DNA of 35,313 bases from Luminiphilus sp. (GTDB lineage Bacteria > Planctomycetota > UBA1135 > UBA2386): contig JBERSB010000236.1 in the NCBI GenBank assembly GCA_041236755.1, positions 1 through 35,313 on the forward strand, given 5' to 3'. Each line of letters opens with the position of its first letter. Position 1 is the first letter of the stretch. A program made the position numbers and the translations under genes. The notes beneath the pieces were generated by a model. It was not told where the DNA came from. It did not search any database and saw only the letters and a program-made list of their open reading frames with translations. Below are positions 17,523 through 26,068 of the stretch, one piece after another.

Positions 17523-18845
17523 CTACTTCGTCAGGTTCTCGTAGAGCCACGTGAACGAGACGCGCTGCGGCCGCGGCTCCAGCTCGTCGAGCGCGGCCTG
17601 CGTCGGCGACAGCTCCTTGGTGATCTCGGCCATCTGCGGACGGATCTTGTCGTAGGCATCGGCGAACGCCTGCTGGGCCGCGTCGCCCTCGAGTCCCTCG
17701 CGGGCCTTCGCCGCGCGCGCGCTGAGCGTCCGCATCTCGGCCCGCAGCTCTTCGAGCCGCTCGCGCAGCTCGGTCGCGCGCTGCTTCTCCGCGTCGCTCA
17801 GGTCGCGCTGCGCAGGCTGCCACATCGAGTAGCCGCCGACGATCAGGTCGAGGTCACCGTCGCCGTCGAAGTCCACGGCGTCGGGGTGCAGGCCCGCGTC
17901 GGGCCGCGCGGGCGCGCCCTCGCTGTCCTTCGGGCTGGGTGCGATCAGCTGCACCGGCGTGCCGAAGCGCGACTCCCCGGTCGAGGTCTCGTTGAGGTAG
18001 ACGGCGACGCCTCCGCCAGCACTCTTGCCGTAGGGGTCGCCCATGCCGCTGACCATCAGGTCGAGCACGCCGTCGCGGTTCCAGTCGACCGCGCGGATCG
18101 TCGCGACCGTGCCCTCGTCGCGCATCGGCGCGCCGGCGGCCGAGACCAGCTCGTTGCGCGACGCGAACTTCGGTGCGCGGTTCGTGCCCTCGTTGCGGCG
18201 CAGGTAGACGTAGCCGCCCTTGTGGTCGCCGAGCACGAGGTCGTAGTCGCCGTCGCGGTCGTAGTCGAACGCGATCGCCGAGGTCAGGTGGCCGTTGGCG
18301 GGCGCGCCGCCCGGTGGATCACACCGGTCCGTCTCGTCCCACTTGCTCTCGTCGAAGTTCCACCACGCGTTGAGCACGATGCGTCGGCCCTCCTTGTCGA
18401 CGATGCCGACGGGCTGCAGGTAGCCCTCGCGCTCGTTGTCCCAGTAGCTGACGTGCGGAGAGCCGTCGAAGATCCCGCAGACGATGTCGTCGTCGCCGTC
18501 GCCGTCGAAGTCCACGAACTGTGGACTCATGCCGATGCATCACCAGTTGCCGAAGTCGAGGATCTTGCCCTCTACGTCCTTGAGCTTCTGCTCGGCGGCG
18601 AACGTGCCGTCCTCCAGCTGCCGGGCGTACGTGATGTGCCCGCGCAGGTCGCCGACGACGATGTCCGGGCGGCCGTCGCGCACCAGGTCGTAGGAGACCG
18701 GCGACGGGTAGAGCCGGCCCTTGCCGCAGACCTTCTCACCTGCGCGCAGCATCACAGGTGCTGCGAACAGGGCGCGCTGCGCGGTCGCGAAGGAGGAGAG
18801 GGTCGCGCCGCACGCGAGCGCGACCAGGAAGCGTGGGGTGTGCAT
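17523..18845 (-). CDS. Exported FG-GAP/VCBS-repeat beta-propeller protein with a C-terminal coiled coil; interrupted by one in-frame TGA (18540-18542), so either a candidate selenocysteine codon or a pseudogene
   Basis: Track ORFs 18540..18875 and 17523..18530 are in the same frame, separated by TGA plus 3 sense codons: ...KILDFGNW-TGA-CIGMSPQFVDFDGDGDDDIV. The signal peptide MHTPRFLVALACGATLSSFATAQ begins at ATG 18845 (GTG 18875 is an alternative start). Repeat motifs: FVDFDGDGDDD, FDYDRDGDYD, VDWNRDGVLD, VDFDGDGDLD. Confidence 0.75.
18508..18528 (-). promoter_or_regulatory. SECIS-like hairpin downstream of the in-frame UGA
   Basis: The mRNA reads UGA-UGCAUCGGCAU-GAGUCCAC-AGUUC-GUGGACUU. 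There is an 11-nt spacer, then an 8-bp stem (7 Watson-Crick pairs plus 1 G-U) and a 5-nt loop with G at loop position 2. Confidence 0.35.
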
Positions 18846-18900
18846 CGTATTCGTCGGAGGGCGAAAGGATAGCACGCCGCGCCCGGCCCGGGCCCCGCCC

Positions 18901-19281
18901 TCAGGCGAACCCGTCGTCGCGCGTGCCGAGGTGCGTCGACGCGAAGCCGGTGCGGGTCGCGACGACGCCGAGCGCGGCGAGCGCGAGGATGCCCTGCCGC
19001 GCGCTGTCCTGCGGCCAGCCCGTCTGGCCGTGCGAGAAGAGGTAGACGAGCCCGATCAGCGTGAGCTCTGCGGTGCACTGGGCGACGCCCTCGCGCTGCT
19101 GCACGAACGTCTTGACCAGCGTCGCCGCGACGTCGCCGAGCAGCACGCCGGTCAGGATCGCCTGGCCGCTCGGGAAGCGGCTCGCGAAGGACACGACCAG
19201 CGCATAGGCCACGACGCGGATCAGCAGGGCCGCGAACGAGACGGCGGCTTCGATCCTGGCGATGCTGGCTCGGTCCTTCAT
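18901..19281 (-). CDS. Small hypothetical integral membrane protein
   Basis: Most likely starts at ATG 19281 (MKDRASIARIEAAVSFAALLIRVVAYALVV...). GC3 bias is strong from that point on. There are 3-4 hydrophobic helices. The upstream part of track ORF 18901..19416 is Arg/Pro-rich and unlikely to be coding. I recognise no family. Confidence 0.5.
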   Translation of the reverse strand: MKDRASIARIEAAVSFAALLIRVVAYALVVSFASRFPSGQAILTGVLLGDVAATLVKTFVQQREGVAQCTAELTLIGLVYLFSHGQTGWPQDSARQGILALAALGVVATRTGFASTHLGTRDDGFA

Positions 19282-19349
19282 GGTGGCAGTGGCGCTGCAC
19301 CGCTCATCGTCCAGATGCCCGCGCCCGTTGAGTCCGCTATGTTGGGGTG

Positions 19350-20135
19350 ATGCGCAGAGCGGCGTTGGCGGCGGTGGTCTTGACCGGATGCGTGAGCTTC
19401 CACCCACGCAATCCACCGTGGCGTCAGCGCGCCGACGCCGACGGGCAGGCAGTCGCCGAGGCGGCTGCCGCGCGCCCGGCGTCGACGGTCTCTTCTTGGG
19501 AGACCATCGGCCGCAGCCACGAGGGCCGGCCGCTGCGTGTGCGTCGCGTCGGCGACGGGCCGCGCCGCGTGATCTGGATCGGCGGCATCCACGGCAACGA
19601 GCGCGAGGGCGTCGTGTCGACGGCGGAGCTCCCGGACGCGCTGGCCGCGGTTCCGGGCGCGCTCGAGCAGGTGACGCTGACGATCCTCGAGGACGTCAAC
19701 CCCGACGGCACCGCGGCGAACACGCGCGGCAACGCGCGCGGCGTCGACCTCAACCGGAACTACCCGGCCGGTAATTATCTTCCCGGGCCGCGCTACGGCG
19801 AGCGGCCGTTGGACCAGCCCGAAGCGCGCGCGCTGCACGACCTGATCCGCGCCGAGCGTCCGCACCTCGTGATCGTCGCGCACAGCTGGCGCAACGACCA
19901 CTTCATCAACTACGACGGCCCGGCAGTGCGCTTCGCCGAGCGGTTCTCGCGCCACTCCGGCTACCGGGTCAAGCCGTCGGACAAGATCGCGCCGACGCCT
20001 GGCTCGCTCGGCTCGTGGGTGGGCCGCACGCTGCAGGTCCCGATCCTGACCCTCGAGCACGAGCGCGGGTCCGACGCGCTGAGCTGCTGGCTCGACACGC
20101 GCGAGGCGATCCTGGCGGTGATCCTCTCCAACTGA
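19350..20135 (+). CDS. M14-family zinc carboxypeptidase/amidase-like lipoprotein (MpaA-like)
   Basis: Lipobox AAVVLTGC. Zn motif GGIHGNEREG (HxxE), plus NPDG, VDLNRNYP and LVIVAHSW. The start is ATG 19350, with an adjacent GTG at 19347 as the alternative. Confidence 0.85.
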   Translation: MRRAALAAVVLTGCVSFHPRNPPWRQRADADGQAVAEAAAARPASTVSSWETIGRSHEGRPLRVRRVGDGPRRVIWIGGIHGNEREGVVSTAELPDALAAVPGALEQVTLTILEDVNPDGTAANTRGNARGVDLNRNYPAGNYLPGPRYGERPLDQPEARALHDLIRAERPHLVIVAHSWRNDHFINYDGPAVRFAERFSRHSGYRVKPSDKIAPTPGSLGSWVGRTLQVPILTLEHERGSDALSCWLDTREAILAVILSN

Positions 20136-20148
20136 GCGTCGGTCGGCT

Positions 20149-21171
20149 TCAGCCGCCGCGCGTGTGCATCTCGAGGTGGGGGTTCGCGCGCATCGCGTCC
20201 GCGTGCGCCAGCGCCCCGCGGTCGGCGATGCCGGCGCGCACCTCGGCGCCGCGGTCCTGCCGCGCGCCCCAGACGCCCACGAGCTTCTGGCGCAGCGCCG
20301 CGTCGCTCGCGCCGGCGCGGAGCAGCCCTCTGAGGTCGACTCCTTGGGTGGCGTAGAGGCAGGTGAACAGCATGCCGTCGGCGGTCAGCCGGGCGCGGTC
20401 GCAAGTCGAGCAGAACGGCTGCGTCACCGAGCTGATGACGCCGAAGACGGTGCCGTCCTCGAGCCGGAACCGCTCGGCGGGCGCGCTGTCGCTGCGGGGC
20501 AGGGCCGTGATCGCGCCGAAGCGGTCGGCGAGCAGCTCGAGGATGCGCTGGCGCGAGACGACGCGGTCCATCTGCCACCGGGTCGCGCCGCCGACGTCCA
20601 TGTACTCGATGAAGCGCAGCTCCGCGTCCACCGAGCGCGCGTAGTCCAGCAGCTCGGGCAGCTCGCGGTCGTTGACGCCGTCGATCGCGACCGTGTCGAT
20701 CTTGGTGCCGCGGAAGCCCGCCTCGCGCGCAGCCTCGACGCCGTCGAGCACGCGGTCGAGCTGGTCACGGCCGGTCAGCAGCTCGAACGTGCCGCGGTCG
20801 AGCGAGTCGAGGCTGACCGTCAGCCTGCGCAGGCCCGCGCGCTGGAGCGCCTGCGCGTGCTCGCGCAGCAGCACGCCGTTGGTCGTCAACGCGAGGTCCT
20901 GCAACGGGCGCGCGGCGAGCATCTCGACGAGCTTCGGCAGCTCGCTGCGCAGCAGCGGCTCGCCGCCGGTGATCCGCACCTTGTCGACACCCAGCGCGAC
21001 GAAACCGTCGACCAGGCGCGCGGTCTCCTCGAACGACAGCACGTCCGACCTGGGCAGCCACGTGTACGACTCCTCCGGCATGCAGTACTGGCAGCGGAGG
21101 TTGCAGCGGTCGGTCACCGAGACGCGCAGGTTGCGCAGCGGGCGGCCGAGGCGGTCGGGCATGGCGGGCAT
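20149..21171 (-). CDS. moaA: GTP 3',8-cyclase (molybdenum cofactor biosynthesis protein A, radical SAM)
   Basis: 340 aa. Radical-SAM cluster motif VTDRCNLRCQYCMPEE. C-terminal auxiliary cluster Cys residues (CSTCDRARLTADG...C). MoaA-typical length and motifs throughout. Confidence 0.95.
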   Translation of the reverse strand: MPAMPDRLGRPLRNLRVSVTDRCNLRCQYCMPEESYTWLPRSDVLSFEETARLVDGFVALGVDKVRITGGEPLLRSELPKLVEMLAARPLQDLALTTNGVLLREHAQALQRAGLRRLTVSLDSLDRGTFELLTGRDQLDRVLDGVEAAREAGFRGTKIDTVAIDGVNDRELPELLDYARSVDAELRFIEYMDVGGATRWQMDRVVSRQRILELLADRFGAITALPRSDSAPAERFRLEDGTVFGVISSVTQPFCSTCDRARLTADGMLFTCLYATQGVDLRGLLRAGASDAALRQKLVGVWGARQDRGAEVRAGIADRGALAHADAMRANPHLEMHTRGG

Positions 21172-21232
21172 CGTGGCCCGACGAGGATAGCGGGGTCGGC
21201 GCGCTTGTGAACGCCCTCTGTCGTGGCCCCGA

Positions 21233-22984
21233 CTAGCCCGGCAGCTTCTTCGCGAGGATGCGCAGCTGGTGGCCGCGGCGTCGCGACAGCGGCTCGCCGG
21301 TCTCGGGATCAGTGGGGGGCTTCTGCAGGTTCAGCATGCGCTGCAGCGCCGCGGCCGCGGCGTTGCGCGTGTGGTCGGGCGTGCGGCCGTCCATGAGCAG
21401 GTCGATCAGCAGCATCGCGACGGGCTCCCGCGGCTTGCGCACGATGGCGTTCCACAGCGCCGGTGACACCGGGTTCTTGCGCAGCTCGACCTTGAGCTGA
21501 GGGCCGCCCTGCCGCACGACCGCGAGCGACGCGGTGTCGACCCTCCCGCGGCGCCTGGCGACGTCGCGGATCACGGCGTCGATGTCCTCGTCGAACTGGC
21601 TGCCGAAGGCCAGCGTCAGCACCCGCTGCAGCACCATGGTGTGGTTGTGCAGCGGCTCGCAGACGCCGCGGCCGGCCTTGGCGATGCGCTGGAACTGCGT
21701 GTGCGTGTCGTCCCCCGCTCGTTCGGGGCTGGTGACCAGCGTGTGCACGAACGACCTGCGGTCCCCGGTGAAGCGCCGCACCTTGCCGAGCAGCCGCTTG
21801 AGGTCACGCCGGTGCGTGGGCGCGTCGCCGGCGAGCACGATCACGCGGCGCGCGCCCTCGCGCCAGCGCTGGCCGATGGCCGACGACAGGCCTGCGGAGA
21901 CGTCCTCGGCGCGGTCGCCGCCGCCGCCGGCGTCGACGTACTGCACGAAGTTGCTGGCGCGCCAGTAGTCGAGCGCCAACGGCACCTGGCGGACGCGGTA
22001 GTCCTCCTTGTCGCCGTTGTCCCGGTAGGTCACGAGGCCGAACCGCGCGTCGGGGACCAGCGTGCGTAGCACGTCGCACATCTCGACGATCGTCGCCTTG
22101 GTGTCGTTGATCGTGCTGGTCATCGAGCCCGTACTGTCGAACACGAACACGATCTCGAGCCCGGTCTTCTGCAGCTCTTCGACCTCTCTGCGGAAGCTGC
22201 CCGACCCGACCTCCCCGCTGTTGCTCGCGCCGCGGACGCCGTCGCCTCCCTGCGGCGCGCGTCGCCGGGCGCCGATCTGCGGGTTCTCGAGCGGCTGCTC
22301 AGGCGGCTGGTCGCGGATCTCGAAGCTCGGGAGCGGCGGCTCCGGCGCGAGCGGGTCCGGCTCCTCGACGGCGTCGTCGACCTCTTCTGTGAGCACCTCC
22401 GGCGGGGCGGGCGGCCCCTCGCCACGCTCCGGGCTCGCGTCGACCTCGATCTGGATCGTCGCGACGCCGGCGCCGCCCGGGGGCGGCGTCTCGAGCAACA
22501 GCGCGAGCGCGAGCAGGACCAACGCGTGGATCACGGCCGAGAGCAGCAGCCAGGGCGCGCGGCGCAGGTGCTCGGCGACGAGGTCGGTGAAGGTGCGCTG
22601 TTCGTAGCGAAGCGCCGAGGCCGCTGCGCGCACGCTCTGCATGCGGCGCTGCTGCGCGGCCTGCCGGAGTGCTGGGATCGGGACCAGCGCTGCGGAGCCG
22701 TCGTCTGCGACGACCACCATCAGCTCGCCCGCGAGCGCGATCCGGTCGCCGGGGCGCAGCGCGGCCTCGACGACGCGCTCCTCGTTGACCAGGATGCCGT
22801 CGCCGCCGCCGAGGTCGCGGATGCGGGCGCCGTCGCCGACGTGGATGCACGCGTGCCGCGGGGCAGCGTCCGCGATCCGCAGGTCGCAGTCGTCGGCGCT
22901 TCCGAGCAGGTAGTCGCGGCCGGGCTCCAGCGCGTGGCACGCGCCGCCGAGTCGCAGCGCCAGCAGTGGGGAGCCTGGTTCCAC
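21233..22984 (-). CDS. FHA domain / single TM / von Willebrand factor A domain protein with a C-terminal helical-repeat region
   Basis: 583 aa. N-terminal FHA-like region (YLLGSADDCDLRI...HACIHVGDG..IRDLGGGDGILVNEERV). TM helix WLLLSAVIHALVLLALALLL. A Pro/Glu-rich linker follows. The VWA domain has MIDAS motif VFVFDSTGSM plus LAGDAP. Confidence 0.85.
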   Translation of the reverse strand: MEPGSPLLALRLGGACHALEPGRDYLLGSADDCDLRIADAAPRHACIHVGDGARIRDLGGGDGILVNEERVVEAALRPGDRIALAGELMVVVADDGSAALVPIPALRQAAQQRRMQSVRAAASALRYEQRTFTDLVAEHLRRAPWLLLSAVIHALVLLALALLLETPPPGGAGVATIQIEVDASPERGEGPPAPPEVLTEEVDDAVEEPDPLAPEPPLPSFEIRDQPPEQPLENPQIGARRRAPQGGDGVRGASNSGEVGSGSFRREVEELQKTGLEIVFVFDSTGSMTSTINDTKATIVEMCDVLRTLVPDARFGLVTYRDNGDKEDYRVRQVPLALDYWRASNFVQYVDAGGGGDRAEDVSAGLSSAIGQRWREGARRVIVLAGDAPTHRRDLKRLLGKVRRFTGDRRSFVHTLVTSPERAGDDTHTQFQRIAKAGRGVCEPLHNHTMVLQRVLTLAFGSQFDEDIDAVIRDVARRRGRVDTASLAVVRQGGPQLKVELRKNPVSPALWNAIVRKPREPVAMLLIDLLMDGRTPDHTRNAAAAALQRMLNLQKPPTDPETGEPLSRRRGHQLRILAKKLPG

Positions 22985-23060
22985 GGACCCTTTTTATCGT
23001 CTGTCGACGCGACTTGTCGGAGTTGCGTCGAGGGGATTCGCCTGCCACGATCCCACGGCA

Positions 23061-23744
23061 ATGAGCCTTCGCATCATCGGTGGCGAGTACGGCGGCCATC
23101 CGCTCAAGACGGTCCGGGGCCTCGGGACCCGGCCGCTCCTCGGGCAGGTCCGCGAGGCGGTCTTCAACATCCTCGGGGAACGGGTCGAAGACGCGTTCGT
23201 CTGGGATCTGTTCGCCGGGACGGGCGCGTCGGGCATGGAGGCGCTGTCGCGCGGCGCTGCGCGCGTCCTGTTCGTCGAGAAGAACGGCAAGGTCCTCGAC
23301 GTGCTCAAGTCCAACCTGCGCGAGCTCGGAGGAGACGCCGAGGACCGCGGCGTCGTCGTGCGGGCCGACGCGTGGGACCCGCCGGTCGTGCACCGGTCGC
23401 TGTTCGGCGCCGCTCGCGAAGACGACGACGACGACGCTCCGTCCGACGTCGAGGTGGCTCCCGACGTGATCTTCCTGGACCCGCCATACCCGATGGTCGC
23501 CGAGGACCCCGTCAAGTCGCTGGCGCGCGCGCGCCGGCTGCTCGACCGCACCGCGGACCGCGGCTGCGTGCTGTTCCACTTCCAGCGCGGCGTGCTCGAC
23601 GAGGACGACTTCGACGGCGACCTCGACGTCGACCTCCGCGAGTGGGGCACCTGCGTGATCGCGATGATGTGGCGCGAGGGCCAGGCGCCCGAGGTGGTGC
23701 ACAAGCGCCGCGAGAAGCAGCGCGCCAAGGACGCCCAGGCGTAG
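23061..23744 (+). CDS. rsmD: RsmD-family 16S rRNA (guanine-N2)-methyltransferase
   Basis: 227 aa. RIIGGEYGGHPLK, TRPLLGQVREAVFNIL, the SAM motif DLFAGTGASGMEALSRGA, and the catalytic motif FLDPPY. Relative to typical RsmD it has an acidic insertion (EDDDDDAPSD) and a basic C-terminal tail. Confidence 0.85.
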   Translation: MSLRIIGGEYGGHPLKTVRGLGTRPLLGQVREAVFNILGERVEDAFVWDLFAGTGASGMEALSRGAARVLFVEKNGKVLDVLKSNLRELGGDAEDRGVVVRADAWDPPVVHRSLFGAAREDDDDDAPSDVEVAPDVIFLDPPYPMVAEDPVKSLARARRLLDRTADRGCVLFHFQRGVLDEDDFDGDLDVDLREWGTCVIAMMWREGQAPEVVHKRREKQRAKDAQA

Positions 23745-24008
23745 GCAGCAGGCCCGCTCTCCGACGCTCTGCAGCGCTGCGGACCGGCGCCTGGCCGACT
23801 GTCGGAGATGCGGCCAGCTCCGCTGCAGACTGTCCGTTCCCTGGACAGTCGCCGGCAGCCCCCGTGCCGTGGGCTGCACGGTGGCCGCCCGCGACCCGGA
23901 CGGTATCGGGACGGACAGCGAGACAGGCGTCAAGGCGCGCCCGTTCCGAGGTCGATAGCTGAGGAGCGTGGACCTCCCGCGCCTCTGAACGCACCCGAGA
24001 TCCTTCTC

Positions 24009-24182
24009 TTGACCGAGTCGAAGCCCGACGTCGACCGCATCGTCGAAGACCTGATGCACCGCGACCTCCCCAAGGCGCAGCGCATCGCGTGTCTCCGCGA
24101 GTTGGCGCGCTCTGGCGACGACATCCCGGACGAGCTGATGGACGAGGCCCTGCGCAAGCTGATGGAGCGGATCACCGAGTGA
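24009..24182 (+). CDS. Small hypothetical protein (about 57 aa; start uncertain, with TTG 24009 or ATG 24054 as candidates)
   Basis: Third-position G/C content jumps from about 60% to about 95% near 24009 within track ORF 23808..24182. The product is helical and acidic: ...VDRIVEDLMHRDLPKAQRIACLRELARSGDDIPDELMDEALRKLMERITE. There is no clear ribosome-binding site and I recognise no family. Confidence 0.4.
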   Translation: MTESKPDVDRIVEDLMHRDLPKAQRIACLRELARSGDDIPDELMDEALRKLMERITE

Positions 24183-24226
24183 TCACCAGACCTTCCAACC
24201 GACCCGAGAGACGAATCAGAACCACC

Positions 24227-25048
24227 ATGAGGACTGCACTGCTGCTTACGTGCCTGGCCGGCGTCGCCGCGCTCCCCGCGCAAGACAACGAGTTCAGCGC
24301 TCCTGTCCGCACGACCATCGGGTCGATGCGCGCGAACCCCGACGCCTACCAGAACGTCAAGGTCGTGTTCACCGCGCAGTTCGCGTCGCTGGGCCGGATC
24401 TCGAACCCGTTCTTCACCCAGTTCACGCCGACGGACTACACCAACTTCTACGCGTGGAGTGACGACCAGCCGATCTGGGAGGAGAAGTCCTACAACGACG
24501 TGTTCGGGATGCTCTTCCTCAACAAGTCGAACCCGGAGCTCGAGCAGATCTACAAGATGCCGCTCTACGCGCGCATGCGCTGCACCGGGGTCGTCCGCAA
24601 CACGTTCCAGAACACGCCGTGGGTCGAGGTGCTCAGCTTCTCGGTGCTGGACGAGCGGCTCGACAACGCCGTGCTGACGCACCTGCACCGCGGCGAGAAG
24701 CTGATGGCGGAGCGCCTCTGGCAGCGCGCCGTCGGCGAGCTCTCGATGGTGCTCGGTGACGACGTCCCGGCCCCTGCGATGCAGACCGCGCACAAGAACC
24801 TCGGCATCTGCATGCTGCGCATGGGTGAGTCGAAGGCTGCCGTCGGCTACCTGCAGTCGGCCGTCGCCCTCTCGGAAGGCGCCGACATCGAGGCCAAGCA
24901 GCTGCTCCTGACCGCGCAGCGCAACCCCGAAGAGGCGATCGACCGGGTGGTGGACTCGAGCAGCCTCCGCGACAGCGAGCGCCCGATGTGGGAGGCGTTC
25001 GAGACGGCCGGCGCCAGCTCGGGCCCGACCCGCGTGCTCAGCCGCTGA
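24227..25048 (+). CDS. Secreted hypothetical protein with a TPR-like C-terminal half
   Basis: The start is ATG 24227 (MRTALLLTCLAGVAALPAQ signal peptide). The upstream part of track ORF 24089..25048 is non-coding. The C-terminal half has TPR-like helices (GEKLMAERLWQRAVGEL..., HKNLGICMLRMGESKAAVGYLQSAVAL). Confidence 0.7.
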   Translation: MRTALLLTCLAGVAALPAQDNEFSAPVRTTIGSMRANPDAYQNVKVVFTAQFASLGRISNPFFTQFTPTDYTNFYAWSDDQPIWEEKSYNDVFGMLFLNKSNPELEQIYKMPLYARMRCTGVVRNTFQNTPWVEVLSFSVLDERLDNAVLTHLHRGEKLMAERLWQRAVGELSMVLGDDVPAPAMQTAHKNLGICMLRMGESKAAVGYLQSAVALSEGADIEAKQLLLTAQRNPEEAIDRVVDSSSLRDSERPMWEAFETAGASSGPTRVLSR

Positions 25049-25071
25049 GGCGGCTGCCGCTCCGATCGACC

Positions 25072-25088
25072 GGCGGGGCCTCCCCGCC
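25072..25088 (+). terminator. Short GC hairpin after the TPR-like gene (weak terminator candidate)
   Basis: GGCGGGG / CCT / CCCCGCC forms a perfect 7-bp stem 24 nt after the stop at 25048. No U-tract follows. Confidence 0.3.
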
Positions 25089-25141
25089 CTCGACGCTGAA
25101 AATCCGTCCTCGGGCGGGCATTCTCTTGGGCCCAACAGCCC

Positions 25142-26068
25142 ATGAGCGCAACCCTTGCCCCCACCGAGTTGACGGCCCCTGCCGCCCGAGGCCCGCTCCG
25201 CCTCGCGGTCGCGCTGCTGGTCGCCATCACGGTGACCATCCTCTGGGGGGCCCTGACGACCAGCACGGGCTCGGGCATGGCGTACGCCGACTGGCCGCTG
25301 TCGGACGGTCAGGTGATGCCGGAGAGCAGCTACACGCAGCTGCCGCACTTCTTCGAGCACTTCCACCGGCTGTTCGCGTCCAGCGTCGGCCTGATCGCGC
25401 TGACGCTCTGGGTCTGGCTGTGGCGCAGCGGCGCGCCGCGCCGCGCGACGCTGACGGCCTTCGCCGGCGGCTGCCTCGTGCTCGTTCAGGGCCTCGTCGG
25501 AGGCACCGGCGTGCTGCTCAACCTGCCCGCGGTCACGTCGGTGACGCACGGCACGCTCGCGCAGCTGACGCTGGCGACCTTCGGGTGGCTGGTCTACCTG
25601 CTCTCGGACCGCTACCGGCGCACCGAGCCCGCCCGCGACGTGGCGCCGGGTGCCGGCCGCAAGCTGGCGCTGTTCGCGGTCGTGGTCCTGGTCGCCCAGA
25701 CGGTGGTCGGCGCGATCGCGCGCCACACCAACAGCAGCCACGCGCTGTGGACGCACGTCGGCAACGCGCTGGTCGTGTTCCTCGTCGCGGCCGTCGCGAC
25801 GGCGTTCGCCGTCGGCAAGCTGCGTGACACACCCGGCGTGCGCGGGCTGTCGCAGACGATCGTGGGGCTGTTGATCCTGCAGATCGCGCTCGGCTTCGTG
25901 GCGCTGGCGATCCGCAACGAGGCGGGCAAGACGCCCGAGAACGTCGACCGCCTGGGCGCAGCGACCACGATCTCGTTCCACGTGCTGCTCGGCGCGCTGT
26001 TGACGGTGCTCATGGCCGCGCTCGCGGCTCACGTCTTCCGCGCGACGCGCCGGCCGGGAACGCCATGA
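25142..26068 (+). CDS. ctaA: Heme A synthase (COX15/CtaA family)
   Basis: 308 aa with about 8 TM helices. Family motifs: GALTTSTGSGMAYADWPL, HFFEHFHRL, THGTLAQ, IARHTN and ISFHVLLG (conserved His ligands). There are no extracytoplasmic Cys pairs. Confidence 0.9.
   Translation: MSATLAPTELTAPAARGPLRLAVALLVAITVTILWGALTTSTGSGMAYADWPLSDGQVMPESSYTQLPHFFEHFHRLFASSVGLIALTLWVWLWRSGAPRRATLTAFAGGCLVLVQGLVGGTGVLLNLPAVTSVTHGTLAQLTLATFGWLVYLLSDRYRRTEPARDVAPGAGRKLALFAVVVLVAQTVVGAIARHTNSSHALWTHVGNALVVFLVAAVATAFAVGKLRDTPGVRGLSQTIVGLLILQIALGFVALAIRNEAGKTPENVDRLGAATTISFHVLLGALLTVLMAALAAHVFRATRRPGTP

Noticed and set aside
18540-18542. Alternative readings of the in-frame TGA in the FG-GAP gene: genome-wide TGA reassignment, or two independent genes.
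   Set aside because: TGA clearly terminates many genes here (the response regulator, ctaA, ctaB, both ABC genes, recN and the subtilase), so there is no global recoding. A two-gene reading would split one FG-GAP repeat unit and leave the downstream product without a signal peptide. Pseudogene and Sec remain open; see the finding.
21172-21232. A possible Moco riboswitch upstream of moaA. I also noted that moaA is isolated from other moa/moe genes.
   Set aside because: The 5' region is only 61 nt, too short for the Moco RNA motif of roughly 130 nt, and I saw no conserved motif. An orphan moaA is common and not informative on its own.
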